Source: Thermodesulfobacteriota bacterium (GTDB taxonomy: Bacteria > Desulfobacterota_D > UBA1144 > Nemesobacterales > JAJCZQ01). Taken from it: a DNA stretch of 64,000 nt. Below are positions 45,680 through 55,067 of this stretch, piece by piece (within the stretch, counting starts at the first letter, position 1; each line of letters begins with the position of its first letter). A program made the translations under genes and the position numbers. Under the pieces are notes generated by a model, which made no database searches, was not told the DNA's origin, and saw nothing but the letters and a program-made list of their open reading frames with translations. The stretch spans positions 832,001 through 896,000 of the forward strand of contig OZ244044.1 of NCBI GenBank assembly GCA_965215275.1, written 5' to 3'.

Positions 45680-47206
45680 ATGAACAGAACGAGCTTAACA
45701 ACAACCTTGAAGACCTCTCAAGTTCAAAGACCTAAACTAACTCAAGAGGCACAGCTGTTTATAAAACTGATACAGATGAACTCTGTGGAACTTAGCAGTT
45801 ATATAGAAGATCAGCTGGCCGAAAACCCCGTTCTTGAGGAAGCAAATGAAGAGGAAGAAAACCATCTTGATAATAACTTTGGAGAAACGTCGGTCTTTAA
45901 CTCCGATAATTCAGTTGACGACCACAAAGATGACCTGCTCTCTATCTTTTCAAAGATCGAAGAGATAGAAAAAGTAGAAGGTTACCTGACCCACTCGCCT
46001 GATCTCTTTACGGACAATACCGAAGAAGAAACGCCCTGGGAAAGCATGGTTCCAAAATCACAATCCCTGTATGAATACATAAACTGGCAGCTTGACGTAT
46101 CAGACCTCACTGACCACGAACGCAGAATAGCCAGATTGATAATAGGGAACATCAACGAAGATGGATATCTGGAAACAAGTACAGACGACCTGATCGTATT
46201 CTGTGTTACAGATCAGACGATCAAAAAATATAAGAACGGCGTACCGGAGCATATAAGCAAAAAAGATATACTGGACGTTTTGCACAAGGTCCAGACCACT
46301 TTCGACCCCGTGGGAATAGCTTCAACCTCTCTGGAGCAGTGCCTGAAAATACAGGCACGTCAGCTTGGATACACGGACGATTCACTAATGATCAGGATCA
46401 TTGACGATCACCTTGAAGAGATCAGCAGAGATAAATACGAGAAAGTTTCAGAATCCCTTTCAGTGGACGTAAGTGAGATAAAAAAACTCCATAAGGTCAT
46501 ATCAAGTCTGGAATCCAAGCCGGGAAGACCCTTTTACGAAAAAGACGATCAGAAGGTCATCGTACCTGAATTTTTCCTGTATAAGATCAAAGACGAGTTT
46601 CAGATACAGTTCAACAAAACCTTTCCCAAGCTGATAATAAGCAGGTACTACCGCAATCTGCTCAGGGATCAGACAAATTTAAATTCCGATACGAAAAAAT
46701 ATATAAAGGAAAAACTGGATAACGCAAGAAGCGTCCTAAGGTGCTTTGAAGAGCGAGAGACGGTATTAAGAAAAGTGGTTGAACGGATCACGGAAACGCA
46801 AAAAGAATATTTAGAGCTTAAGGAAGAGCATCTGAAACCGTTAAGCCTGAAGGACATTGCAGGATCAGCGGGCGTTCATATATCAACGGTCAGCAGAATA
46901 ACAAGGAACAGGTACATCCAGACCCCGAGGGGGGTCATCGAGTTAAAGGCACTTCTTTCAAGAGGAGTTGATACTCCTGCGGGCAGCAAGGTCTCGTCCG
47001 GGAAGGTCAAATCGATCATTAAAGACCTGATATCGAGAGAAAATCCAGAAAACCCCTTCTCTGACCAGTACATATCAGAAGCTCTCGAGAACAGGAACGT
47101 TAAAGTGTCAAGGAGAACTGTTGCAAAGTACAGAACTATGCTTAAAATACCATCTTCATCAAAAAGAACCAAAAAAACGGAGAACCGATATGAAAGTCAA
47201 GGTTAA
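45680..47206 (+). CDS. rpoN: RNA polymerase sigma-54 factor
   Basis: ENPVLE, EDGYL, DPVG, STVSR, SD..I, RRTVAKYR box. Confidence 0.95.
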   Translation: MNRTSLTTTLKTSQVQRPKLTQEAQLFIKLIQMNSVELSSYIEDQLAENPVLEEANEEEENHLDNNFGETSVFNSDNSVDDHKDDLLSIFSKIEEIEKVEGYLTHSPDLFTDNTEEETPWESMVPKSQSLYEYINWQLDVSDLTDHERRIARLIIGNINEDGYLETSTDDLIVFCVTDQTIKKYKNGVPEHISKKDILDVLHKVQTTFDPVGIASTSLEQCLKIQARQLGYTDDSLMIRIIDDHLEEISRDKYEKVSESLSVDVSEIKKLHKVISSLESKPGRPFYEKDDQKVIVPEFFLYKIKDEFQIQFNKTFPKLIISRYYRNLLRDQTNLNSDTKKYIKEKLDNARSVLRCFEERETVLRKVVERITETQKEYLELKEEHLKPLSLKDIAGSAGVHISTVSRITRNRYIQTPRGVIELKALLSRGVDTPAGSKVSSGKVKSIIKDLISRENPENPFSDQYISEALENRNVKVSRRTVAKYRTMLKIPSSSKRTKKTENRYESQG

Positions 47207-47735
47207 CGTCACAACGAGACATCTGAACGACAGGAACAGGTCCAGTCAGCTGAGAAAGCATGCAATGAAAAAGCTGCCAAGGGTCGAAAGGTATATGAAC
47301 GTTGATTACGAACCGAGCGATATAAAGCTGATACTTGAAACTGAGAACTTCAGGAACATTGCAGAAATAATAGTGAACGACGGGAACTTTAAAACAACGG
47401 CTACCGTTATCGATGAAGATCATTTTGCATCGATCGATAAGGTAGTTGATATAGTGATCAAGCAGTTAAGACGGAACCAGGATAAGGTAAACTCGGGTAA
47501 AAGGAGAAGCTTACGCAATCAGAAAATAAGAAGCCGCGGTGAACAGGAGAGGCATAATATCAGTAAGATCACGGTAGAAAAACTGCCTTTAAAACCAATG
47601 TCCACGGTCGAGGCAAGACTTCAGCTGGATATCTCCAGCCATGACTTCGTTGCGTTCAGGAACAGTGAAGAGAATGGAACGGTCAACGTGCTGTATAAAG
47701 ATAAAAAGTCAGAGATATTTCTCTTAAAACCATAA
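47190..47735 (+). CDS. hpf: Ribosome hibernation promoting factor (long HPF)
   Basis: KQLRR..K, KPMS..EA.LQL, VNVLY; follows rpoN. Confidence 0.85.
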   Translation: MKVKVNVTTRHLNDRNRSSQLRKHAMKKLPRVERYMNVDYEPSDIKLILETENFRNIAEIIVNDGNFKTTATVIDEDHFASIDKVVDIVIKQLRRNQDKVNSGKRRSLRNQKIRSRGEQERHNISKITVEKLPLKPMSTVEARLQLDISSHDFVAFRNSEENGTVNVLYKDKKSEIFLLKP

Positions 47736-47736
47736 T

Positions 47737-48192
47737 ATGAAGATCGCCGAACTGATAAAGGACAATTCAATAATATTAGACCTGCAGGCCACTTCAAAGC
47801 AGCAGGTACTTGAAGAGATCTCGGAATTTACAGCAGGCAGGTCCAACCTGAACCAGGTAAAAATACTGGACGTGCTGAAAGAAAGGGAGAACGTCTGCAG
47901 CACTGCACTTGACGAAGGAGTAGCGGTCCCTCATGGCAAACTGCCGGGTATAAACCGCATCATCTGTACAATCGCAAGAAGCAGTAAGGGAATTGACTTT
48001 GATTCCCTGGATGCAAAACCGACTCATATCTTTATCCTGATGCTTTCTCCGGAAAATTCATCTGGACGTCATATACAGGCCCTTTCCGTAATATCAAGGG
48101 TCTTTAAGAAACTGAGCCTGCGGGAAGGTATACTTAAAGCAGGTTCAGAAGATGAAGTTTATAATTTGATAATAAAGGAAGATGACCAGTAA
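47737..48192 (+). CDS. ptsN: PTS IIA-Ntr protein
   Basis: ERE...ST....GVAVPHGK, IDFDSLD. Confidence 0.9.
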   Translation: MKIAELIKDNSIILDLQATSKQQVLEEISEFTAGRSNLNQVKILDVLKERENVCSTALDEGVAVPHGKLPGINRIICTIARSSKGIDFDSLDAKPTHIFILMLSPENSSGRHIQALSVISRVFKKLSLREGILKAGSEDEVYNLIIKEDDQ

Positions 48193-49108
48193 GCGTAATC
48201 ACGGTCTCACGGTCGGGAAATTCACAGACACGTACCGTGAGAAGCTGCAGATAGAAAATCTGTACAACCAGAGAAAATTAAACAGGAAAACCATACTGTC
48301 CTCAGTACAAAGACTGTATATCAGATCGCTGCAAAAAAGATCGGACGTTGAAGAAAACAGTATTCAGGTACTGGGAAAGACCGTGATCTCTCATATAAAC
48401 GCCCTTTCCAGACCCCGCAGGGAAAAAACCTTTAAATTCCTTTCGGAACAGAAAATAGCTTTTTTCATCCTTTCACAGGATACGGGTACCGACAGGGACA
48501 TTATATCTCACTTTAAGGAATTCGGCCTGCCTCTGCTCGCTTCCAGTATCCCCGTAAATAAGCTGATCACAGAGATCAATAAAATAATAAAGAACGTACT
48601 GGCACCAATGAAGACCTATCATGGCGTGCTTATGGATATAAACCGCCTTGGAGTATTGATACTGGGAAAAAGCGGTATAGGAAAAAGCGAATGTGCACTG
48701 GACCTTATCATAGGAGGGTCCAGGTTAATTGCCGACGACGTGATTGAGATCAGACGAACGCCTCAGTCAAAACTCGTTGGAACCGGCCCAGAAAACATCA
48801 AGTACTTAATGGAGATAAGAGGAATCGGGATCGTCAATATAAAGGACCTGTTCGGTGCCGCCTCGGTTATGGATAAAAGGGAGATAGACATGGTGGTTGA
48901 GCTTGACCACTGGAACACCGACACGGAGTATGAACGACTGGGAACCGAGACCATCTCGTATAATATATTAGACGTGGAAATCCCCTACGTCGTGATCCCT
49001 GTAAGTCCCGGAAGGAACATTGCCACGGTCGTGGAGGTGGCAGTAAGGAACCAGATCCTTAAAAACAGCAAAGAATACTCCGCTATCGAACAGATATGGA
49101 AATATTGA
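48182..49108 (+). CDS. hprK: HPr kinase/phosphorylase
   Basis: HGVL, GKSGIGKSE, ADD, EIRGIG, PGRN. Confidence 0.92.
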   Translation: MTSKRNHGLTVGKFTDTYREKLQIENLYNQRKLNRKTILSSVQRLYIRSLQKRSDVEENSIQVLGKTVISHINALSRPRREKTFKFLSEQKIAFFILSQDTGTDRDIISHFKEFGLPLLASSIPVNKLITEINKIIKNVLAPMKTYHGVLMDINRLGVLILGKSGIGKSECALDLIIGGSRLIADDVIEIRRTPQSKLVGTGPENIKYLMEIRGIGIVNIKDLFGAASVMDKREIDMVVELDHWNTDTEYERLGTETISYNILDVEIPYVVIPVSPGRNIATVVEVAVRNQILKNSKEYSAIEQIWKY

Positions 49109-49947
49109 TCTTAAGTGGACTGTCAGGTTCCGGTAAAAGTACGGCAATAAAGTTCCTGGAGGATATTGGCTACTTCTGCATTGATAATCTTCCAACTCCC
49201 TTAACGACCAAGTTCATAGACTTCTGCAAAGACTCTGATGCTGATTTTACAAAAATAGCACTGGGGATCGATATCAGGATTCAGGACAGAGAAACCTTAA
49301 AGGACTTCCCTAAACTCATTCAACTGATCAAACGGGAGATCGCAAACGTCAAGATCATGTTTCTGGAATCAACGACCGAAGTACTGATAAAAAGGTATAA
49401 AGAGACAAGAAGAAAGCATCCACTGTCCAACGATGGAGATATAGTTGAAAACGTGGAAAAAGAAAGAAAACTGCTTGCGAGAATCAAAGAGGCTTCCAAC
49501 TACTTAATAGACACTTCCGAGTATAACGTTTATGAACTGCGAGATCACATTAACTCTATATTCCTCAATATAGATACGGACAGAGTATCACTTAGCATAA
49601 CGTCCTTTGGCTTCAAGCACGGCTATCCCATAGACGCCGATATAGTCATGGATGCACGGTTCTTACCTAACCCTTACTTTATTGATTCCTTAAAGGACCT
49701 GAACGGTAACGATCCAGAGATAAAGGAGTTCGTGCTGTCACGCAGTGAAACCGGAGATTTTATTGAAAAAATATCCGACTTACTTACGTTTTTAATTCCA
49801 AAGTATAAAAACGTGGGAAAATCTTATGTAAATTTAGCGATCGGTTGCACCGGGGGTAAACACAGGTCCGTTGTAATTGCAAATGTGCTTGCAGAAAGCT
49901 TCAAACATATTGAACCTCTGGTAAAACACAGAGATATTAGTAAATAG
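49096..49947 (+). CDS. rapZ: RNase adapter RapZ/YvcJ
   Basis: GLSGSGKS, IDNLP, SFGFKHG, GCTGGKHRSV. Confidence 0.92.
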   Translation: MEILILSGLSGSGKSTAIKFLEDIGYFCIDNLPTPLTTKFIDFCKDSDADFTKIALGIDIRIQDRETLKDFPKLIQLIKREIANVKIMFLESTTEVLIKRYKETRRKHPLSNDGDIVENVEKERKLLARIKEASNYLIDTSEYNVYELRDHINSIFLNIDTDRVSLSITSFGFKHGYPIDADIVMDARFLPNPYFIDSLKDLNGNDPEIKEFVLSRSETGDFIEKISDLLTFLIPKYKNVGKSYVNLAIGCTGGKHRSVVIANVLAESFKHIEPLVKHRDISK

Positions 49948-50099
49948 GGAATTTTCCTTTTTAGCTGACATACTCCACTTTACTCTTTTTTTTCTTCTTT
50001 GTTATCTTCGTCAATTTCTTCGTCATAAGATCCTGGTTCAAAACAGAAAAACCAACTTTATAGTCACACTGCAGTCCAGAACTTGCTCCTCGTCCCTTA

Positions 50100-50392
50100 A
50101 AGTCATGTTAAAATTGTAGAGTTAGAACTAAAAGTGTATTACAGGAAACTAATATTCCTCTGCTTAAATGGTTATTAGCAGTGTATTTAATAACTACTAA
50201 CTTAAAGGGAGTGCAAATTAGAAGGGGATTTACAGGTAACACAGAAGACAAGCCTGGTTCTTGAATCATGGAATAAGAAAATCATTAAGCAACCAGTCAG
50301 ATACAAAGACGTTAGAACTTATTGAGATTGATTAGACTTGTATGGGCGGTTTAGAAAAGAATAAACACAAATGCGAGGAGTTAATGAGCTGA
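50100..50392 (+). pseudogene. Deleted IS1595-family transposase
   Basis: ETNIPLLKWLLAVYL..NLKG, DLQVTQKT/AWFLNHGIR and IEID*TCMGGLEKNKH, joined to the C-terminus. Confidence 0.85.
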
Positions 50393-50432
50393 AAAGGTTG
50401 ACTAATCATTCATGGTTTGATATAAGTTTATT

Positions 50433-51026
50433 ATGGAACGGAAGGGTCTTAAATGTATAATAGATAGTTTGTTAACTGTTTTTATATTTATATACCTTGT
50501 GCTTGGTATATGTGTTTTTGGTATAGCGACTTATTATAATTATTATGAGGAATTAGAAAAAAATTTAGTTGCGTTTGTATTATTAGCAACGTCAATAGTC
50601 GCTGCTGCATTTTTATTTATCAGAATATATATAGATAACCAATTAAGTATAAAGGAGAAGGAAATGTTGAAAGAATATTCAGACAAGGTTGAAGAAGTTA
50701 AAAAGGATATTACTGAAAGATTGACTTTTCAGTTGTCTTCTCAGTTGTCTTCTCAGTCGGAAGATATGAACAAAAAACTTGCTTCTCAATCGGAAGATAT
50801 GAACAAAAAATTTGCTTCTCAATTGGAAGATATGAACAAAAAACTTGTTTCTCAATCGGAAGATATGAACAAAAAATTTGCTTCTCAATTGGAAGATATG
50901 AACAAAAAACTTGTTTCTCAATCGGAAGATATGAACAAAAAATTTGTTTCTCAATCGGAAGATATAAACGAATTGATTAGAGTTTTCAATGATTTTATTA
51001 AGAGTAAAAGAGAAAATAGCAGTTAG
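50433..51026 (+). CDS. Two-TM membrane protein with an 11-aa repeat coiled coil
   Basis: SQ(S/L)EDMNKK(L/F)(A/V) about six times (33-bp repeats, about 50751-50965). Confidence 0.7.
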   Translation: MERKGLKCIIDSLLTVFIFIYLVLGICVFGIATYYNYYEELEKNLVAFVLLATSIVAAAFLFIRIYIDNQLSIKEKEMLKEYSDKVEEVKKDITERLTFQLSSQLSSQSEDMNKKLASQSEDMNKKFASQLEDMNKKLVSQSEDMNKKFASQLEDMNKKLVSQSEDMNKKFVSQSEDINELIRVFNDFIKSKRENSS

Positions 51027-51215
51027 TAAACAAGGCTAATAAAAACCCAGTAATTATCCTGTTACCTTTTCTCTGATAATTATCAGAGAAGTCTGTATCT
51101 ACTCATCTATTTTGTATATTTATATAGAAGGTAATGATGTTCAAAACCAAAATGCTCATCTCGAAAGAGCAGAATAAATATAGGTAATTACCCTGTTTAG
51201 CTGACATACCCCAAT

Positions 51216-51425
51216 CTACTCTTCTTTTTCTCCTTTGTTATACTCGTCAATTTCTTCGTCATAAAACCTTGGTTCAAAATCCGTTTTACCCATCAGGATC
51301 TTAACAACATCATCAAATACTATTTCATTCATTTCAGGTACTTTGCCTTGCTCTTTATACCTTTCAAATTTACTTTTCTTTGACATTTTGTTGGGATTGC
51401 CAGAAGGATTGATTTTATCTTTCAT
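51216..51425 (-). CDS. Small ORF next to an IS1595-like end
   Basis: FDDVVKIL motif; its 3' part is duplicated at about 49980-50043. Confidence 0.5.
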   Translation of the reverse strand: MKDKINPSGNPNKMSKKSKFERYKEQGKVPEMNEIVFDDVVKILMGKTDFEPRFYDEEIDEYNKGEKEE

Positions 51426-51457
51426 TTCTTTAATTATTTATTCAATAAATAAAACCA

Positions 51458-52408
51458 TTATGTTTTCTTGTCATTAACCATATGTACTAAACCCCTTTGA
51501 CCTTTTTCCAAACATATCTGCAGAACTTGTGTTGTGAAGACTGAATATTTGATTGACCACGGACCTTCTTGTGAATATTTTATGTTCGTTAATGGAACTT
51601 CTTGTAACAATTTAACTGTTTCCGGTCTCATATTAACTAATAAAATATTATTATCAGGAAGTAAATCAGCTATTTTAATATCTTCTATTCTTTCATCAAT
51701 AGCTAAAATACAGTCCCTAATGGTGTTACATTTTGTACTGTTATTGCAATATTTATTCAGTAATTTTTTATATGCAGGTGGAATATATATTACAAACGGT
51801 CCAGAGAGGTTTTCCATCTCTTCCTTCATATTTGATATGTCTTTTATAATACCATCTGGAGTCTTAGCAGAATCTGACCAGTTCTTTTCACCTTCAAATT
51901 TAACCTCACTTCTGTGTGGATGATTTATATAGCTGTAAAATTTTTTGCCTGCATATTCACAAGTCTTGTTGGTAAATAACATCTCTTCTAAGGACTCAAG
52001 TACCTTTTTTGCGGCTCTTTCCGTCTTGGTAGTATCTAATACTAATCCCCTATTTCTGTTAGTTTCCAATTCTCTGGTATTCAAAGAATAAAGTTCTTCA
52101 TCAGTAGGCAGTGGGATGGTGTCCATGTCCCCTAAATTATAAACCAATCCAGCATTCTTAAGATCGTTTATCCCACTTTCTTCGGTTTCCACATCCCTGA
52201 TAACCTTGTCTAATTTTATCCATTCATCCTTTCTTAAATTTGCATTACCAACTTGCTCAACATAGTAGTTCCTAGTATCACTTCTATCTCCACTTCCTTT
52301 ATACACGCTAATATACGCTTTACAATCATCCCCAATCCAAGGACGTAGTTTGTGTAAATATTTAGATTGTATTAACTTATTAACATCTGCAGCTGTTATA
52401 TTCATCAT
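51458..52408 (-). CDS. HK97-fold phage major capsid/encapsulin-like protein, apparently internally shortened
   Basis: LRKDEW..LD, GINDL...GLVYNLG, LDTT..ERAA..V...LEEMLF, YSYINHP.R, GPFVIYIP, NNILLV.M, GLVHM. Confidence 0.75.
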   Translation of the reverse strand: MMNITAADVNKLIQSKYLHKLRPWIGDDCKAYISVYKGSGDRSDTRNYYVEQVGNANLRKDEWIKLDKVIRDVETEESGINDLKNAGLVYNLGDMDTIPLPTDEELYSLNTRELETNRNRGLVLDTTKTERAAKKVLESLEEMLFTNKTCEYAGKKFYSYINHPHRSEVKFEGEKNWSDSAKTPDGIIKDISNMKEEMENLSGPFVIYIPPAYKKLLNKYCNNSTKCNTIRDCILAIDERIEDIKIADLLPDNNILLVNMRPETVKLLQEVPLTNIKYSQEGPWSIKYSVFTTQVLQICLEKGQRGLVHMVNDKKT

Positions 52409-52450
52409 TTTCTTTCTCCTTATCCTTTCTTACATTTTATTTTATTTGTA

Positions 52451-52708
52451 TCAAACATCTAGCTTCAGAAAAGGCATAGTCTTATGACTAGCTTCCTTTG
52501 TATTTACACTTTCGCTAAAATTAAAGTAATACCTATTTTGCTTCAGGCAACCCCTTCTTACGAGATTTTTGTTAATTGATATAAATTGTCTTTCATCTCC
52601 CCACATTAACCTTTCAAAGTGTTTCCTGCATCTCTCTTCCGTATAAAAGTTCTCTGTAAACTCATAAAAACTAATTCTTTGACGGGCTCTTTTTGATAAT
52701 CTACCCAC
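52451..52708 (-). pseudogene. IS1595-family transposase N-terminal fragment
   Basis: ISFYEF...F.TEE.CR.HFE...W, truncated before the Zn ribbon; adjacent to the IR. Confidence 0.75.
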
Positions 52709-52807
52709 AATAGTGTAATCTCTTTTTTTATAAGTAACTACAATACATACGCTACTTAGGGGTTATCAACTAAAAAGGATAATTACCAACAAACAAGAGA
52801 AGAAAAA

Positions 52808-53239
52808 TTGATTGGAATAGTCGTTGTTGCTCATGGAAATTTAGCAGATGAATTAATATCAGCGGTAAAATTCGTTTTATCCCAAGAACCTTCTGTCAAA
52901 TTTGCAGGCGTGTCGTTAGAACAGTCATCCACAGGATCTGACAACTATGAAGAAATAATCGACAACTCTATCAAGTCAGTAGACGAAGGTGGAGGAGTTT
53001 TATTAGTTACTGATATGTTCGGAGGAACTCCTTCCAATATCAGTTTGACGTTCCTGGACAAGAAAAATATCGAGGTAATATCAGGAGTAAACCTCCCAAT
53101 GCTTTTAAAGCTGTCAACACTAAAGAGCAGCGTTAAGATCAAAGAAGCCATCAAGATTGCAGAAAAAGCTGGAAAAGATAATATTATTGTCGCCAGCAAG
53201 CTCTTAAGCAAGAACAAGGAGCAGAACGCAAAGGAATAA
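52808..53239 (+). CDS. PTS mannose/fructose-type IIA component
   Basis: VVAHG, TDMFGGTPSN, GVNLPML. Confidence 0.9.
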   Translation: MIGIVVVAHGNLADELISAVKFVLSQEPSVKFAGVSLEQSSTGSDNYEEIIDNSIKSVDEGGGVLLVTDMFGGTPSNISLTFLDKKNIEVISGVNLPMLLKLSTLKSSVKIKEAIKIAEKAGKDNIIVASKLLSKNKEQNAKE

Positions 53240-53241
53240 AC

Positions 53242-53568
53242 ATGAGAGTTGACGAATACGATAAAGTCGTTGAAAAGTGGAGCGATTATCTGCTCAGGGG
53301 TCCTCTTGAGGGTTATAAACTTGAAATTGACCCTGGTATCTCCAGGGAACTTGCAGCCATTGCTCTTTTCCTGGATATGCAGACCGTTCGTGCATCAGGG
53401 GACGTTGAAGAATTTTACGAAGGATACAGAAAAGCTGCAACCGATGTTTTAGAGTTCATCGGAGTTACTCTTGCTCAGGATGATGAGATGAAAATCATAA
53501 GGATCGACGTTTCCGCTAACACCGCCAACCTGCAGGAACAGTTAAAAGAGCATATCTGGGGGGAATAA
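53242..53568 (+). CDS. Hypothetical protein
   Basis: In operon with the PTS IIA gene; backbone-like composition. Confidence 0.6.
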   Translation: MRVDEYDKVVEKWSDYLLRGPLEGYKLEIDPGISRELAAIALFLDMQTVRASGDVEEFYEGYRKAATDVLEFIGVTLAQDDEMKIIRIDVSANTANLQEQLKEHIWGE

Positions 53569-53610
53569 CATTCCCGCTTCCATATCTTATATCCTTCAAA
53601 GTACTTATCT

Positions 53611-54405
53611 ATGAACGTTCTTGAAAGTTTTGACCTGTTCCTGCTTGATATGGACGGAGTAATATACACGGGCAGCCACCCTGTGCCCGGGTCTGTCGAG
53701 ACGATAAACCATTTATACAGCAAAAATAAAAAGATTATCTTTCTGACAAATAATCCATCTGGTTCAAATACCGAGTATAAGAGAAAGCTAAAGAACATAG
53801 GTATAAAGGCGGACATTAACCAGATAATTACCTCTGCCACGAGCCTCTGTCACTACCTTACGGGGGGCAGGCTCAGGAACATAAACACCAGATCAGCCTA
53901 CGTTATTGGAAGTAAGCATTTAAAAAACTCCGTTGCCAGGACGGGAGTTAAGTCAGTCTCCACTGCCGCAGACAGTGCGAACTATGTTATTATGGGTGGA
54001 CATAAAAATTTTAATTACAGTGAGATCGAGCACGCATCGCGGTTTATAAGAAACGGGGCAAGACTGATCGCCACAAACCGTGACCCTTATTATCCGTCAA
54101 AGGATGGATTTTCCCCGGGAACCGGGGCACTGCTTTCTTCCATAGAAATATCCGGAGGAACAAAAGCACTGATAACGGGTAAACCTGAAAAACATATCTT
54201 TCATCTATCCCTTAAACTTGCAGGGGTCAGAAAAAACAGGGCTGTAATAATTGGAGATAACCTTAAAACAGATATACTTGGAGGTATTAATTACGGTATC
54301 TATACCGTTCTGACCTTAAGCGGGGTAACTGATAAAAAGGAACTACAAAAGAGCAGCATTAAACCGGATAAGGTCATCAAGAGGCTCTCTTCCTTAATAG
54401 ACTGA
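53611..54405 (+). CDS. HAD-IIA (NagD-like) hydrolase
   Basis: DMDGV, LTNN, TNRD, GKP, GDNL.TDI. Confidence 0.9.
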   Translation: MNVLESFDLFLLDMDGVIYTGSHPVPGSVETINHLYSKNKKIIFLTNNPSGSNTEYKRKLKNIGIKADINQIITSATSLCHYLTGGRLRNINTRSAYVIGSKHLKNSVARTGVKSVSTAADSANYVIMGGHKNFNYSEIEHASRFIRNGARLIATNRDPYYPSKDGFSPGTGALLSSIEISGGTKALITGKPEKHIFHLSLKLAGVRKNRAVIIGDNLKTDILGGINYGIYTVLTLSGVTDKKELQKSSIKPDKVIKRLSSLID

Positions 54406-54707
54406 TCTGACATGATAAACAAAGGGAATTATATACTGTTTGCACTAGAGGTGTTTCAGGATTGACTGCTGAATTCACTATTTTAGCTGGTGGTTTAGAA
54501 TTTTTCTTATCCCATCTACGGCACACTACAGGTGGGAAAGAGCGTAACAAACATAGTAGCAGGAAGTAAAGGCAAGTAGAGGTTCAGTTGGTAAAGTTCC
54601 AGTAGTGGGAATTAAAGATAAGAAAACCCAGAAAGTAAAAACTCTCTTCACTGGATCGTGATGAAAAACATAAAGCTGGATCAACCATTATTACATAATG
54701 TTAAAAG

Positions 54708-54947
54708 GTGAGTGCAATGAATAATTCAGAAAACAAAGTTTTAGATCAGGATGTTAAAGACATTGATTCCTCAATTACTTTTCGTTGTAATGAAGAAGGC
54801 GAAGTTGTTATGTCCCTGGATCAGTTCACTTCACTTATGGAAACCCTTTATCTGTTAAAAAGCCCTGCTAATGCGGCACGTTTATCAAAGTCCATAAAAC
54901 AGTATCGTGCGGGCAAAACCAAACGGCATGAATTAATTGATGATTGA
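54708..54947 (+). CDS. yefM: YefM/Phd-type antitoxin
   Basis: VVMSL..F.SLMETLYLLKSPANAARL..SI. Confidence 0.8.
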   Translation: MSAMNNSENKVLDQDVKDIDSSITFRCNEEGEVVMSLDQFTSLMETLYLLKSPANAARLSKSIKQYRAGKTKRHELIDD

Positions 54948-54987
54948 TATTTCATGGACGGACGAAACACGAGAGGAATATCTATAA
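54940..54987 (+). pseudogene. Truncated YoeB/Txe toxin
   Basis: MIDISWTDETREEYL* overlaps the yefM stop. Confidence 0.6.
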
Positions 54988-55067
54988 TTATCCTTGATCC
55001 TTCCAGGGGGTTTACCAGACCTGCCAGTTAAAATTCCAAGCTATATCCTGTTGGTCCAATCATTGGT

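Larger units (their letters stand above)
49947..52787. mobile_element. Composite IS1595-derived island between rapZ and PTS IIA
   Basis: Ends at 49947 (gggaattttcctttttagctgaca) and 51183 (ggtaattaccctgtttagctgacatacccc); inverted partner at 52759-52787; transposase debris inside. Confidence 0.8.
54424..54993 (+). mobile_element. Decayed IS1595-like element carrying yefM
   Basis: End gggaattatatac at 54424; GGKERNKHSS.K..RGSVGKVPVVGIKD fragment at about 54530-54645; right boundary uncertain. Confidence 0.7.

Noticed and set aside
51458..52408. Prophage or classical encapsulin operon
   Set aside because: No other phage genes and no peroxidase/ferritin-like cargo gene nearby.
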